A stretch of 64,000 nt of DNA from Nitrososphaerota archaeon (GTDB lineage Archaea > Thermoproteota > Nitrososphaeria > Conexivisphaerales > UBA164), in NCBI GenBank assembly GCA_023381255.1, contig JAMCTX010000003.1:392-64391 (forward strand), written 5' to 3'. Below the pieces are notes generated by a model. It worked only from the letters and a program-made list of their open reading frames with translations, made no database searches and was not told the DNA's origin. The translations under genes and the position numbers were made by a program. Position 1 is the stretch's first letter; every line of letters starts with the position of its first letter. Below are positions 17,544-27,249 of the stretch, piece after piece.

Positions 17544-18335
17544 ATGATACTGATCAGCAATGATGATGGGCCTGCAAGCCCGGGGTTAAAGAGCCTCATA
17601 AGGGCACTTAGCAAAATAGATGAAGTTACGTTTTTCATTCCGGAAGGGCCAAGGAGCGGTAGCAGCATGAGCCTAACGTTTCATAAGCCATTAAGGGTAA
17701 GAGAAATAGAAGTTGAAGGCACAAAGGGGCACATTGCTTCCGGTAGCCCCGCTGACGCCGTATTGCTTGCCAATATAATGCTTGACAAAAAGCCGTCTGT
17801 TGTTGCCACAGGAATAAATCTGGGTGACAATTCCGGGCTTCAGGATATATATACAAGCGGGACAGTAGCGGGAGCTGTTCAGGGTGCGTTGCTGGGCTAT
17901 CCTGCTGTTGCCTTTTCTAAAATGACAAGCGATGAAAATATACTTTTTCCATGGACAGAAAGTGCAGAATTTCAGGAGGCCGCAAGCACGGCTGCAAAAA
18001 TAGTTAAGTTTGTGCTTGATAGGGGTTTGCCGAACAACGTGCATTTGTTGAACGTTAACTTTCCGGTTAAAGTTACGCCGTCAACAAAGGCAAGCATCAC
18101 CAGGGCATCGTTTGCAAAGTACAAGCATTATATTGACAGGAGGCTGGACCCACGCGGCAGGGAGTACCTGTGGCTGTGGGGGAACAGAACAGGAAGCTAC
18201 CCAGATGGCACTGACGCGCATGCGCTTTATGATGAAAACCAAATCTCCATAACTCCCATGACTATAGATATGAGCAGCGTCATGGTACATGGGGACATGT
18301 CGTCTTGGATTAAGGACCTTATTGAAAGGGTTTAG
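17544..18335 (+). CDS. surE: 5'/3'-nucleotidase SurE
   Basis: N-terminal ILISNDDG motif, about 260 aa, GINLGDN, YSGTV-like TSGTVAGA. Confidence 0.9.
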   Translation: MILISNDDGPASPGLKSLIRALSKIDEVTFFIPEGPRSGSSMSLTFHKPLRVREIEVEGTKGHIASGSPADAVLLANIMLDKKPSVVATGINLGDNSGLQDIYTSGTVAGAVQGALLGYPAVAFSKMTSDENILFPWTESAEFQEAASTAAKIVKFVLDRGLPNNVHLLNVNFPVKVTPSTKASITRASFAKYKHYIDRRLDPRGREYLWLWGNRTGSYPDGTDAHALYDENQISITPMTIDMSSVMVHGDMSSWIKDLIERV

Positions 18336-18467
18336 CAAAATACAGAAAAAGGTTAATAACAGTGAAATTAAAGTTAAAAGAGGGATGAGGTGTGTATCCG
18401 CTCCAGACCGAGCCAAAAGGCGATGAGGACCTCGCGACGATCCGACCCCAATTTGTGATATGAGCTT

Positions 18468-20234
18468 ATGAAAGGATTAAAGGTAGCAATAATTGATAGG
18501 GAGATATGCAGGTTTGACAAATGCAGCCATGAATGTCAGAGGTTTTGTCCCCCCCAGATATCTGGAGAAAAGGTTGTGGAATTTGGGGAGGATGGCTACC
18601 CCACAATAAACGAGACCCTTTGTATAGGGTGCGGAATATGCGAAAAAAAGTGCCCTTTTTCTGCTATAAGGATAGTTAACCTGCCATCTGAGCTCGGAAG
18701 GGACAGGGTGCATCAGTATGGGGTTAATGCGTTCAGGCTGTACAGGCTGCCTTTGCTCAAAAAGGGCTATGTAGTTGGTCTTGTGGGTATGAACGGCATA
18801 GGAAAGAGCACTGCGCTCAAAATTCTTTCGGGAACAATGCAGCCCAATCTTGGCAGTGAAAGCAGCATTACTTGGGATGACGTGATAAAGCGTTATAAAG
18901 GAACAACCTATGCCGCCTACTTTAAAGCGCTGATAGCCGGAGAGCTGAAAGTCTCTGTTAAGCCGCAGGCTGTATATGAAATACCTAGGGCATACAGTGG
19001 CACAGTGCAAGGGCTTATTGACAGCCTGGGGGCCGGTGAAAACGGACGCATAATTGAGGAGCTTGGGATTAAAGATCTGCTGAACAAGAACCTTTCAGAG
19101 CTGAGCGGGGGCGAACTGCAATCAATTGCAATATCAGCTTCTCTGTCCAAGAAAGCTGATTTTTACTTTCTGGATGAACCAAGTTCTTATTTAGATGTCT
19201 ATAACAGGCACCGCGTCGCAAGGGTGGTGAGGGAACTGGTTGAAGAAGGCGCCGGTGTTTTGCTGGTTGAGCACGACCTGACGTTTCTTGATTATGCAAG
19301 CGATTATGTTCATATTCTTTATGGCGAACCAGCGGTGTACGGGATTGTATCCAATCCGATGACAAACAGCGAAGGCGTCAATTCCCTTATAGCAGGAGAA
19401 ATAAGGGAAGAAAATGTGAGAATAAGAAACTACCTGATAAAGTTCCGGGAACCATCTATTCAGGCGGAAACCACCGGGCAGGTTATGTTTTCAATTCCGA
19501 AGTTTGCAAGGACATATCCAGGATTCAGGCTGGATGTTGATGGCAAGGATGTCAGAGAAGGTGAAATAATTGGGGTTCTGGGTCCCAACGGCATAGGAAA
19601 AACTACATTCCTCAGGATAATCGCAGGCATGGACCGCGACGATTCAGGCACGGTTCAGCTGGGAATCAAAATTGCATACAAGCCGCAGTACTTGGAGGTT
19701 AAGGAGGATAAAACTGTCGAACAGGCTCTTTCAGGGCTGGAATGGAATAGTTATGAAAACATGAACCTGCTAATGACGCCTCTTAGAGTTGATCGCCTGA
19801 TGAACAAGAACCTTTCAGAGCTGAGCGGGGGCGAACTGCAAAAGGTAGCCATTGCCGTGACACTGCTGCAGGATGCAATGCTCTATGCGCTGGATGAACC
19901 GTCTGCATTTACAGATGTTGAAGACAGAATTGCACTAGCAAAGATACTTTCAAATTACATGAAAAGAAGGGGAAGGTCGGGCATAGTAATTGACCACGAC
20001 CTGATGATTATAGACCTGATTTCAGATTCAATAATCGTGTTTTCTGGCACTCCAAATATCCATGGCACAGCCATTGGACCGTTACCAAAGAGGGACGCGA
20101 TGAATATGTTTCTGAGGGGCATGGACATAACATACAGAAGGGATGAAGTAACAAGTAGGCCAAGGGTCAACAAGCCAGGCAGCAGGCTCGACAGGGAGCA
20201 GAAGTCAACTGGTGAATATTATTATTCAAGGTGA
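18468..20234 (+). CDS. abcE1: ABCE1 / RNase L inhibitor-type ribosome recycling ATPase
   Basis: N-terminal Fe-S domain (CSHECQRFCP, CIGCGICEKKCP). Two Walker A motifs (GMNGIGKST, GPNGIGKTT). Two LSGGELQ signatures. Confidence 0.9.
   Translation: MKGLKVAIIDREICRFDKCSHECQRFCPPQISGEKVVEFGEDGYPTINETLCIGCGICEKKCPFSAIRIVNLPSELGRDRVHQYGVNAFRLYRLPLLKKGYVVGLVGMNGIGKSTALKILSGTMQPNLGSESSITWDDVIKRYKGTTYAAYFKALIAGELKVSVKPQAVYEIPRAYSGTVQGLIDSLGAGENGRIIEELGIKDLLNKNLSELSGGELQSIAISASLSKKADFYFLDEPSSYLDVYNRHRVARVVRELVEEGAGVLLVEHDLTFLDYASDYVHILYGEPAVYGIVSNPMTNSEGVNSLIAGEIREENVRIRNYLIKFREPSIQAETTGQVMFSIPKFARTYPGFRLDVDGKDVREGEIIGVLGPNGIGKTTFLRIIAGMDRDDSGTVQLGIKIAYKPQYLEVKEDKTVEQALSGLEWNSYENMNLLMTPLRVDRLMNKNLSELSGGELQKVAIAVTLLQDAMLYALDEPSAFTDVEDRIALAKILSNYMKRRGRSGIVIDHDLMIIDLISDSIIVFSGTPNIHGTAIGPLPKRDAMNMFLRGMDITYRRDEVTSRPRVNKPGSRLDREQKSTGEYYYSR
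19081..19121 (+). repeat. 41-nt perfect intragenic direct repeat, copy 1 (ABC signature region of NBD1)
   Basis: Identical to 19801-19841, exactly 720 nt downstream. Confidence 0.9.
19801..19841 (+). repeat. 41-nt perfect intragenic direct repeat, copy 2 (ABC signature region of NBD2)
   Basis: Identical to 19081-19121. Confidence 0.9.
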
Positions 20235-20274
20235 GCATTGCAAAACATTTATTCGTGTTAAATTGGTATATAAG

Positions 20275-20343
20275 GTGCGGCAGTGAATTGCTCTGGGGTA
20301 TCTGAACTGTGATGATCCCGTTTTAACATATTATGAGCCGCAC
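20275..20343 (+). ncRNA. candidate C/D box sRNA
   Basis: 7-bp terminal stem GTGCGGC/GCCGCAC. C-like GUGAAUU (20283-20289), 12-nt spacer, D' CUGA (20302-20305), 3-nt loop, perfect C' GUGAUGA (20309-20315), 17-nt spacer, D-like AUGA (20333-20336). Confidence 0.45.
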
Positions 20344-20543
20344 TTCGATGGTTGCCAGATAAAAAAATCCGCATTGTTTTTTCAGGATTAACCGTTTCAA
20401 TTTTGTGATAAAAAAGGTAAGTTTTTAAGATAACCATGGATTATAATATTGGGAGAAAAAAATGAAAATTAAATCAGCCCCCAGCCTGCCAAACATTATA
20501 ATTACAAATACGTTCACTCAAATTTTTAGAAGGATGGTCATAA

Positions 20544-21833
20544 ATGGCTGAAATTCCTGATAAATTTGATGCGATAGTGATAGGTGCAGGCCCAGCCGGC
20601 TCCGCCTCGGCATATTATCTTGCAACAAAGGGATTTAAAGTCCTGGTTCTGGAAAGGGGCAGGTCCCCCGGTTCTAAAAATGTATTTGGGGGAAGGGTAT
20701 ATGTTGCCCCGTTAAAAGAAATATTTCCTGATTTTGAAAAGTCGGCACCAATTCACAGATGGGTTACTAGGGAAAGGATGTCATTTATGCACGGAAATGA
20801 GCTTGTGTCCTTGGATTATGAGGGGAATGATCACAAGAGTTTTACAACTTACCTGTCACAGCTGGCCGCATGGATGGCACTGAAGGCGGAAAGCGCAGGA
20901 GCGTCAATAGTAAGCGATATAACTGTAACAGGCCTTCTTAAAGAAGGCGATAAGGTTATAGGCATAAAGGCTGGCAATGAATCTGTAAAGGCGGATGTCG
21001 TAATAGACGCCGAGGGGGTAAACAGGCTTGTCCTGGAAAGCACAGGCTTGGTGCAGGCATTGAAACCTTCCCAGGTTGCTCTGGGCGTTAAGGAAGTTGT
21101 GAAGGTTAACCCAGAGGTTTTGGCGAACGAATTTGGATTAGGAGAAGGTGAGGGCATGGCATGGTCGCTTATGGGCGATGTAACATCGGGTTTGCCGGGA
21201 GGAGGTTTCATATATACCAATAAGGACTCCGTCAGCATTGGCCTTGTGATGCTGCTTGACAGTGCAATATCAGGTGCAAATGACGAGGTCTACAAGTATG
21301 TGGAAAGGCTAAAGACTCATCCAAAACTCAGCAAGTACTTCAAGGATTCAAGGATAATGGAGTATTCTGCGCACCTCATTCCAGAAGATGTATCGAGTTT
21401 AATGCCCCCAAGGCTTGCTTATGATGGACTTTTGATATCAGGGGATGCAGCCGGATTCCTGCTGAACCTTGGCTACACGTACAGGGGAGTGGATTTTGCG
21501 GCATATTCAGGTTATCTTGCGGGAAAGGCAATAGAGCAGGCTCATGGGCTCGGCGGGATGTCGGCAGCAAACCTTTTAGTTTACACAAAGCTGCTGGACC
21601 AGAGCTTTATCATGAAAAACCTAAAAAGGTTCAGCGGGACACATAAACTCATGCGAAACCGCAGGCTTTTTACAGCATACCCTGCAATGATGGCATCCTT
21701 GATGAGGCACATTTACTCTCTTGACTATGAATCGCAGAAGATGTTCAACACTGTCCTTGGGTCTGCAAAGGAAAATGGCATGGGACCGTTTACCCTGCTT
21801 ACAGATGGCATTGAGGTGATGAGGTACCTATGA
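20544..21833 (+). CDS. fixC: FixC-type FAD-dependent ETF:quinone oxidoreductase
   Basis: AIVIGAGPAGSASAYYLA dinucleotide-binding motif. Followed by the ferredoxin-like FixX and EtfBA genes. Confidence 0.8.
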   Translation: MAEIPDKFDAIVIGAGPAGSASAYYLATKGFKVLVLERGRSPGSKNVFGGRVYVAPLKEIFPDFEKSAPIHRWVTRERMSFMHGNELVSLDYEGNDHKSFTTYLSQLAAWMALKAESAGASIVSDITVTGLLKEGDKVIGIKAGNESVKADVVIDAEGVNRLVLESTGLVQALKPSQVALGVKEVVKVNPEVLANEFGLGEGEGMAWSLMGDVTSGLPGGGFIYTNKDSVSIGLVMLLDSAISGANDEVYKYVERLKTHPKLSKYFKDSRIMEYSAHLIPEDVSSLMPPRLAYDGLLISGDAAGFLLNLGYTYRGVDFAAYSGYLAGKAIEQAHGLGGMSAANLLVYTKLLDQSFIMKNLKRFSGTHKLMRNRRLFTAYPAMMASLMRHIYSLDYESQKMFNTVLGSAKENGMGPFTLLTDGIEVMRYL

Positions 21834-22114
21834 GTGCAACTGAGCAAAGGCTGGAAGACATTCTGAACAACGATATATGGGACGTTGATTCTAACCCTCA
21901 CATAACAGTTGATAGCGAGAAGTGTAAGAACTGCAATACGAAGCCATGCATAAGGCTCTGCCCTGCCGGATGCTATACAATGAGCGAAAAGACTCTGGTA
22001 TTCAGCTATGAGGGATGCGTTGAATGTGGAACCTGCAGGGTGGTCTGCCCACTGGAAGCAATACACTGGGAATTTCCAAAGAGCGGAAGAGGAATCTACT
22101 TCAGGTTCAGCTGA
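21830..22114 (+). CDS. fixX: FixX ferredoxin-like protein
   Basis: 94 aa. CKNCNTKPCIRLCP and CVECGTCRVVCP. 4-nt overlap with fixC. Confidence 0.8.
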   Translation: MSATEQRLEDILNNDIWDVDSNPHITVDSEKCKNCNTKPCIRLCPAGCYTMSEKTLVFSYEGCVECGTCRVVCPLEAIHWEFPKSGRGIYFRFS

Positions 22115-22122
22115 GGTGAATC

Positions 22123-22926
22123 ATGATGGGGCTAAATATTGTTCTGCTTTTCAAATACGTTCCAAATACCAATACTGTCAACGTTGATCCAAACACTGGA
22201 ACGCTGGTAAGGGAGGGAGTTCCAAGCGTTGTAAATCCGCACGATCTTGACGCCGCCGAATTCGCGCTGGAACTGAGGGAAAAGTACGGCGGAAAAATAA
22301 CTGCCATGATAATGGCTCCACCCAATGCCACGAAGGGTATAGAATTTCTTTTGGGCATGGGCGTTGATGATGGAGTGCTCATTACAGACAGGGCATATGG
22401 TGGCGCAGATACACTTGCAACATCGTACGTGCTGGCTGCCGGAATAAAAACATTGGAACATTATGACCTGATAATAACGGGCCAGGAAACGCTAGATAGC
22501 TCAACAGCTCACATAGGCGCTCAGCTTGCCTCATGGCTTAAGATACCATATGTATATTATGTCACTGAAGCAAGTTTAGACAATGGTGCTCTTGTTGTAA
22601 ATAGGCAGCTTGAATCATGTACTGAAAAATACAAAGTTAAATTACCAGCCTTGATCACTGTATTGATGCATTCCCATCCCCCGAGGCCAATTACTCTCGA
22701 AAATAAACTAAGGGCCGTAATTAAAAAGCCAGTAATGATGTTAACCAATAATGAACTCAAGTTGAACATACAGTGTACCGGCCTGAGAGGGTCTCCTACG
22801 GTAGTTGCAAAAACTGAATTCGTAAGTAAGATACCCAGGAAGAAAGAAATCATCAAGGATAAAAGCCCGCAAGAAGCCGCCGCGTGGCTTATTTCGAAAC
22901 TCAAGGATGAGGGGTTTTTAAATTGA
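22123..22926 (+). CDS. etfB: electron transfer flavoprotein beta subunit (FixA-type)
   Basis: ETF-beta layout and length. Operon position between fixX and the etfA-like gene. Confidence 0.8.
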   Translation: MMGLNIVLLFKYVPNTNTVNVDPNTGTLVREGVPSVVNPHDLDAAEFALELREKYGGKITAMIMAPPNATKGIEFLLGMGVDDGVLITDRAYGGADTLATSYVLAAGIKTLEHYDLIITGQETLDSSTAHIGAQLASWLKIPYVYYVTEASLDNGALVVNRQLESCTEKYKVKLPALITVLMHSHPPRPITLENKLRAVIKKPVMMLTNNELKLNIQCTGLRGSPTVVAKTEFVSKIPRKKEIIKDKSPQEAAAWLISKLKDEGFLN

Positions 22927-23972
22927 GCATAAGCGGTCAATGCCCTGATTGGATACCGGTAAACGTTAATGAACACAAGAACGTTTGGGTGTATGTTGAG
23001 ATTGAAAACGGGCAAATACATGAAGCAAGCATACAGTTGCTTGGGAAGGCTAAAGAAGTAGCAAGTAAGGTAAACAGCAAGTTAGTTGCAATAATGATAG
23101 GCAGCAATCTTGGAAAGCTTATCGATGAGCCAGGAATGTATGGGGCAGATGAAGTGATATACGTTGATGACAGCAGATTTGAAACATATTACGCGATAAT
23201 GAGTGGAGAAGCCATGGTGCAGCTGGCTATGAAATATAAACCAGAAGCCTTCCTTGTAGCTGGAACAATGAGGGGCAGGGAGCTTGCACCTTATGTAGCC
23301 AATCACCTTAGGACAGGCATAACTGCGGATCTTACAATGATAGAGGTTGATGAAAAAACAAAAGAAATAATACTTATTAGGCCGCCGTTTGGGGCTTGGC
23401 AGCTTGCCCACATAAGAACCCTTAGGAGGAGACCAGTAATGGGAAGCGTAAGACCCAATGTATTTCCCATGCCCCCCAAAGAAGAAAACAGGAAAGCAAT
23501 AATTACAAAGGAAACGGTCGATGAATTATATGAACCAGGGCTTGAACTTATTGAAAGAGTTGAAATAAAGAGCTCTGAAGAAAAGCCTATAGAAAAGGCC
23601 GAGGTCATAGTATCAGGGGGTAAGGGACTGGGGTCAAAGGATGGATTTGAAATCGTAAAGAGGCTTGCAGAACTGTTAAACGGAACTTACGCAGGTAGCA
23701 GAAAAGCGGTTGACATGGGCTGGATTCAGCATGACAGGCAGGTTGGCCAAACCGGTAAAACGGTCAGGCCAAACCTATATGTAGCTGTTGCAATAAGCGG
23801 CGCGGCTCAGCATGTGTTCGGGATAAGGGAGGCTAAGAGGGTTATTGCAATAAACAATGATCCCAATGCTCCCATATTTGAGAGTGCAGATTATGGCGTG
23901 GTCGGTGATTACAAGCAGGTCATCCCTGAGCTGATAAAGCTGCTGGATGGAATCAAAAATGGAAAAAAATAA
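22923..23972 (+). CDS. etfA: electron transfer flavoprotein alpha subunit (FixB-type)
   Basis: C-terminal FAD signature YVAVAISGAAQHVFGIREAKRVIAINNDPNAPIF...DYGVVGDY. TTG start overlapping the etfB stop. Confidence 0.85.
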   Translation: MSISGQCPDWIPVNVNEHKNVWVYVEIENGQIHEASIQLLGKAKEVASKVNSKLVAIMIGSNLGKLIDEPGMYGADEVIYVDDSRFETYYAIMSGEAMVQLAMKYKPEAFLVAGTMRGRELAPYVANHLRTGITADLTMIEVDEKTKEIILIRPPFGAWQLAHIRTLRRRPVMGSVRPNVFPMPPKEENRKAIITKETVDELYEPGLELIERVEIKSSEEKPIEKAEVIVSGGKGLGSKDGFEIVKRLAELLNGTYAGSRKAVDMGWIQHDRQVGQTGKTVRPNLYVAVAISGAAQHVFGIREAKRVIAINNDPNAPIFESADYGVVGDYKQVIPELIKLLDGIKNGKK

Positions 23973-24765
23973 ACAAAGAACACTAATTGTCGGGGCCGGC
24001 GGGATGGGAAGGTGGATGGCAAAGTGGATGGTTAGACACCTTCAGTCAGATTACGATGTATGGATAACAGACATAAATAAAAAAGCAGCAAATAAAATGG
24101 GGAAGCCGCTAAGTGAAAAATTTGTCAAAAACCCTCTATATAACAATTATGAAATGGTGATAAGTGCTGTTAACCTGTCGTCAGCCGTCGATCTAATCAG
24201 GAAGCTTAAAGCGGTAAAATACGCCGGCACGGTAATTGATATGAGCAGTATCAAGCAAAAAGTAAATGCAGAGATGGTGGACCTTGTCGCCAACAGCGTT
24301 TCCGTTCATCCCCTTTTCGGTCCTGGGGCCAGAAGGCTTGAAGGCAAAACGGTTCTTCTGGTACCAGTTAAGGACAGGGAAATTGAGGCTAAAATTTCAT
24401 CTTCGATTTTTCCAGGTGCAAAGATTGTCGAAATTGCAGAGGTAGCACATGACGACCTTGTAACGCACACCATTCAGCTTGCCCAGCTTCTGTCAATAAT
24501 ATCGAACAGGCTCATGGTGCATGACAGGGACCTAATGGGCACAAGCTCCCGCATGATGCAGTATGTTGAGGCTGCTTCACTATACAGTTCTTCACGGCTC
24601 ATTGGCGAGATCCTTAACGCAAACCCAATGTCAGCAAGACTAGTTACTGAAATCAGGGAGGTATTAGATGAGCTGGAGCATGGCAGCATAAAGATCAATG
24701 AAACTTATTACATGAAGGAGCTTTATGATCGGCTTTATGACGCAATGGATAAAGGATGCATTTAG
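23959..24765 (+). CDS. prephenate/arogenate dehydrogenase family protein
   Basis: LIVGAGGMG Rossmann motif, DMSSIKQ, VHPLFGPG, AHDDLVTHTIQLAQLL. Overlaps the etfA 3' end. Confidence 0.55.
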   Translation: MEKNKQRTLIVGAGGMGRWMAKWMVRHLQSDYDVWITDINKKAANKMGKPLSEKFVKNPLYNNYEMVISAVNLSSAVDLIRKLKAVKYAGTVIDMSSIKQKVNAEMVDLVANSVSVHPLFGPGARRLEGKTVLLVPVKDREIEAKISSSIFPGAKIVEIAEVAHDDLVTHTIQLAQLLSIISNRLMVHDRDLMGTSSRMMQYVEAASLYSSSRLIGEILNANPMSARLVTEIREVLDELEHGSIKINETYYMKELYDRLYDAMDKGCI

Positions 24766-25928
24766 CTCACTTCTGCAGTTATTTTTTCCATCGATGTAAT
24801 GTCCCTTCTCATTAGCACAAAGAGGAAAAGCACAAATGGCACCAGGAGCGCAAAAACATTCTTTAGCCCAACTGCCTGGGCAAGCAGTCCTGTAAGCGGC
24901 ATGACAGCTATGGTGACCATCGTCATGAATGCATAGAACTGGCTGTTTGCCACGTTCCTTTCTTCTGATTTGAATGACCTAGATATAGAAATCAGCGATA
25001 CCGGGTAGGTCAGGCCATGAGGAACGCCAAGTATTAAAAGTGAAGCCATGAAAAGCATCAAGTTCTTTGTCAGCGTCGCCATCAGTAGCCCCAGTGCTGT
25101 AAGCAATATGGAAAATGCCGTGATCGTTCGTATCTTTTCAACAGGCCTTATTGATAGAAACAGCCTTGAAATAAACGATGTTGTGTAAAAAAGGGAATAT
25201 AACCCGGTGGCAACGGCAAAGCTGACGTTAAATTGGGTCTTGGCATAGATTCCCGCAAATACCACTATAAAGGCAAACGGTATGCTGTACGCCGTATTGT
25301 TGTAAATCGCAACTCTAAAGCCGGGATTGTGGTACACCCTGACCTTTACGGGGGTTTTGCGCTCGTCCGGGAACTTGAGTAAAAAAGAGAGGATTGCGGC
25401 TATTATGCCAAACGGGGCGAACAGCAGAAATACCCATGGGATGGTTACGGTAGATAGCATCGCTGTCTCTATCAGGGGGCCAAGTATCAGGCTGAGGCTC
25501 AACGCAGTGGTGTATATTGCAAGTATCCTTTCCCTTGACTTTTTGTCATTTACAAGCCCAGCGGCGGTTATTATGTTTGGCATTATCAGCCCAAGTGACA
25601 ACCCCGACAGGGCTGAAAGCGCCCAGATAGTCACAGGGCCTGCCAGATAATAAGTCGGAAGAATTACCGCATAAGCCAGTGATGAACCTATAAATGCCCT
25701 CCTTCTTGTTACAGCATTTAGCCTTGAATTTAATAATCCGCTGGCAATCAATGAACCCAAGGATGATAGCGCAGATAACAATCCCACTTCGGCGCTGTTA
25801 AAGTTAAAATAGTACTTGACAAGGAGGGGAACGGTTGTTGCCAGCATGTTGTTTGAAGCCCTGATGGCGAATGTTATCGGTACAATTACTGATATGGCAT
25901 AAAGGAAGGTTATGCTCTTTTGATGCAT
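24762..25928 (-). CDS. MFS transporter
   Basis: Hydrophobic 388-aa product with about 12 TM-like segments. Confidence 0.65.
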   Translation of the reverse strand: MHQKSITFLYAISVIVPITFAIRASNNMLATTVPLLVKYYFNFNSAEVGLLSALSSLGSLIASGLLNSRLNAVTRRRAFIGSSLAYAVILPTYYLAGPVTIWALSALSGLSLGLIMPNIITAAGLVNDKKSRERILAIYTTALSLSLILGPLIETAMLSTVTIPWVFLLFAPFGIIAAILSFLLKFPDERKTPVKVRVYHNPGFRVAIYNNTAYSIPFAFIVVFAGIYAKTQFNVSFAVATGLYSLFYTTSFISRLFLSIRPVEKIRTITAFSILLTALGLLMATLTKNLMLFMASLLILGVPHGLTYPVSLISISRSFKSEERNVANSQFYAFMTMVTIAVMPLTGLLAQAVGLKNVFALLVPFVLFLFVLMRRDITSMEKITAEVS

Positions 25929-26006
25929 GGAAATACGATTTAAATTTAGTTAATAAGCTTAATTTTAAAACCGTGATGCGCAGGAGGGAAATGGATATTT
26001 AATCTC

Positions 26007-26405
26007 TTGGTACTTAATGATAGCATGAACTCCCCTAAACCACGAGTTGCAATAGCTATATCGCTTGCCGGTTTAGTATTCCAGTTATCCGCGCTGCTGC
26101 TGGAAATAGCAGTATTTGCTTTAGCAGCGTTTGCACCGTCTGGACGCGCGGTTACGCTTGGACCTTTCATATTTTTCTGGTCAGTGCCATTTATTATGTT
26201 GGGGCTGATATTTATTGCGCTTGGTCTAGCAGGGATAGCATTTCTTAACACGGGTAAAAGGGCGAGAGTCACAGCTGGAGGCATGCTGTTGATAATTTCT
26301 TCCATATTCGCCTTTCCCACACTATTCGGATTTTTCATAGGGTCAGCGCTGATGTTCGTGGGTGGCATTTTAGCTATAATCTGGGCTCCAGCTAAAGGGA
26401 TTTAA
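26007..26405 (+). CDS. small integral membrane protein
   Basis: About 4 hydrophobic segments. No motif recognised. Start uncertain. Confidence 0.4.
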   Translation: MVLNDSMNSPKPRVAIAISLAGLVFQLSALLLEIAVFALAAFAPSGRAVTLGPFIFFWSVPFIMLGLIFIALGLAGIAFLNTGKRARVTAGGMLLIISSIFAFPTLFGFFIGSALMFVGGILAIIWAPAKGI

Positions 26406-26415
26406 GCACTGGTAA

Positions 26416-27249
26416 TCACCTTTCAACTATTGACCTTAAAACCAGATACAGGTTGCTTGCCTCCCTGAGCCTCCTCGAAGCATAATCGACCCATCTGGTG
26501 CCATAAGGCACATATATGGAACACCTGAAACCTGACCGGGCAAGTTCATAGGCATATCTGTTTCTTATTCCAAGAAGCATCGCTACCGTAACGTTTCTGT
26601 TATATATCCTGTTTAAATTTATGGCATCCCTTATAAGTTCAAGGTCGTGAGTTGCTATTGTGAACTCGGAAGATTTTTCAAACAGATAATTCATTAGACT
26701 CCTGAAATTCTGCGTTCTCTCTTTCCACTCCGTATAAGCTATTTCCGGATTCTCTTTGTACGCTCCCTTAACGAGCCTGACCACGCCGCCTTCATCTGCC
26801 AACCGTTTGACATCATCAATGGACCTTTTAAGGTATGATTGTATTGCTATTCCAACATTCCCATTTTTTACCTGTGATTCATAAATTTTTATGGTGCTGC
26901 AAACTGTATTCGAGGACTCCATGTCAAGCCACACAAACACGCCTTTCTGCCTGGCATATTCCACAATTTTACTGTAATTTGCAATAGCCATTTCCTCGCT
27001 TACAGCAAGCCCAATCTGCGTTGCCTTAACAGATATATCGGCCTTCAGCGAGTTGGCTCTTATTGCATCAATAAGGCGAATATACTGTTCGACAGTTTCA
27101 TCTATTTCAGCTTTGCTGGCAAGGTCTTCGCCAAGGTAGTTCGCAATTGCCCGGCATCCGTTGCCGTTGATCGTGTTTATTCTGCCCACAGCATTATCTA
27201 TTTTAGGTCCAGCTATCCATTTCCCTGCGAAAAGCGCCTCAATGGACAT
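26416..27249 (-). CDS. proline dehydrogenase
   Basis: Monofunctional PRODH length. VRLVKGAYKE motif. Divergent from a P5C-dehydrogenase-type ALDH gene. Confidence 0.75.
   Translation of the reverse strand: MSIEALFAGKWIAGPKIDNAVGRINTINGNGCRAIANYLGEDLASKAEIDETVEQYIRLIDAIRANSLKADISVKATQIGLAVSEEMAIANYSKIVEYARQKGVFVWLDMESSNTVCSTIKIYESQVKNGNVGIAIQSYLKRSIDDVKRLADEGGVVRLVKGAYKENPEIAYTEWKERTQNFRSLMNYLFEKSSEFTIATHDLELIRDAINLNRIYNRNVTVAMLLGIRNRYAYELARSGFRCSIYVPYGTRWVDYASRRLREASNLYLVLRSIVER

Noticed and set aside
25946-26368. 140-aa minus-strand ORF opposite the small membrane protein gene
   Set aside because: The plus-strand ORF gives clean TM segments. The minus-strand product is low-complexity, so the plus strand was preferred, though with low confidence.
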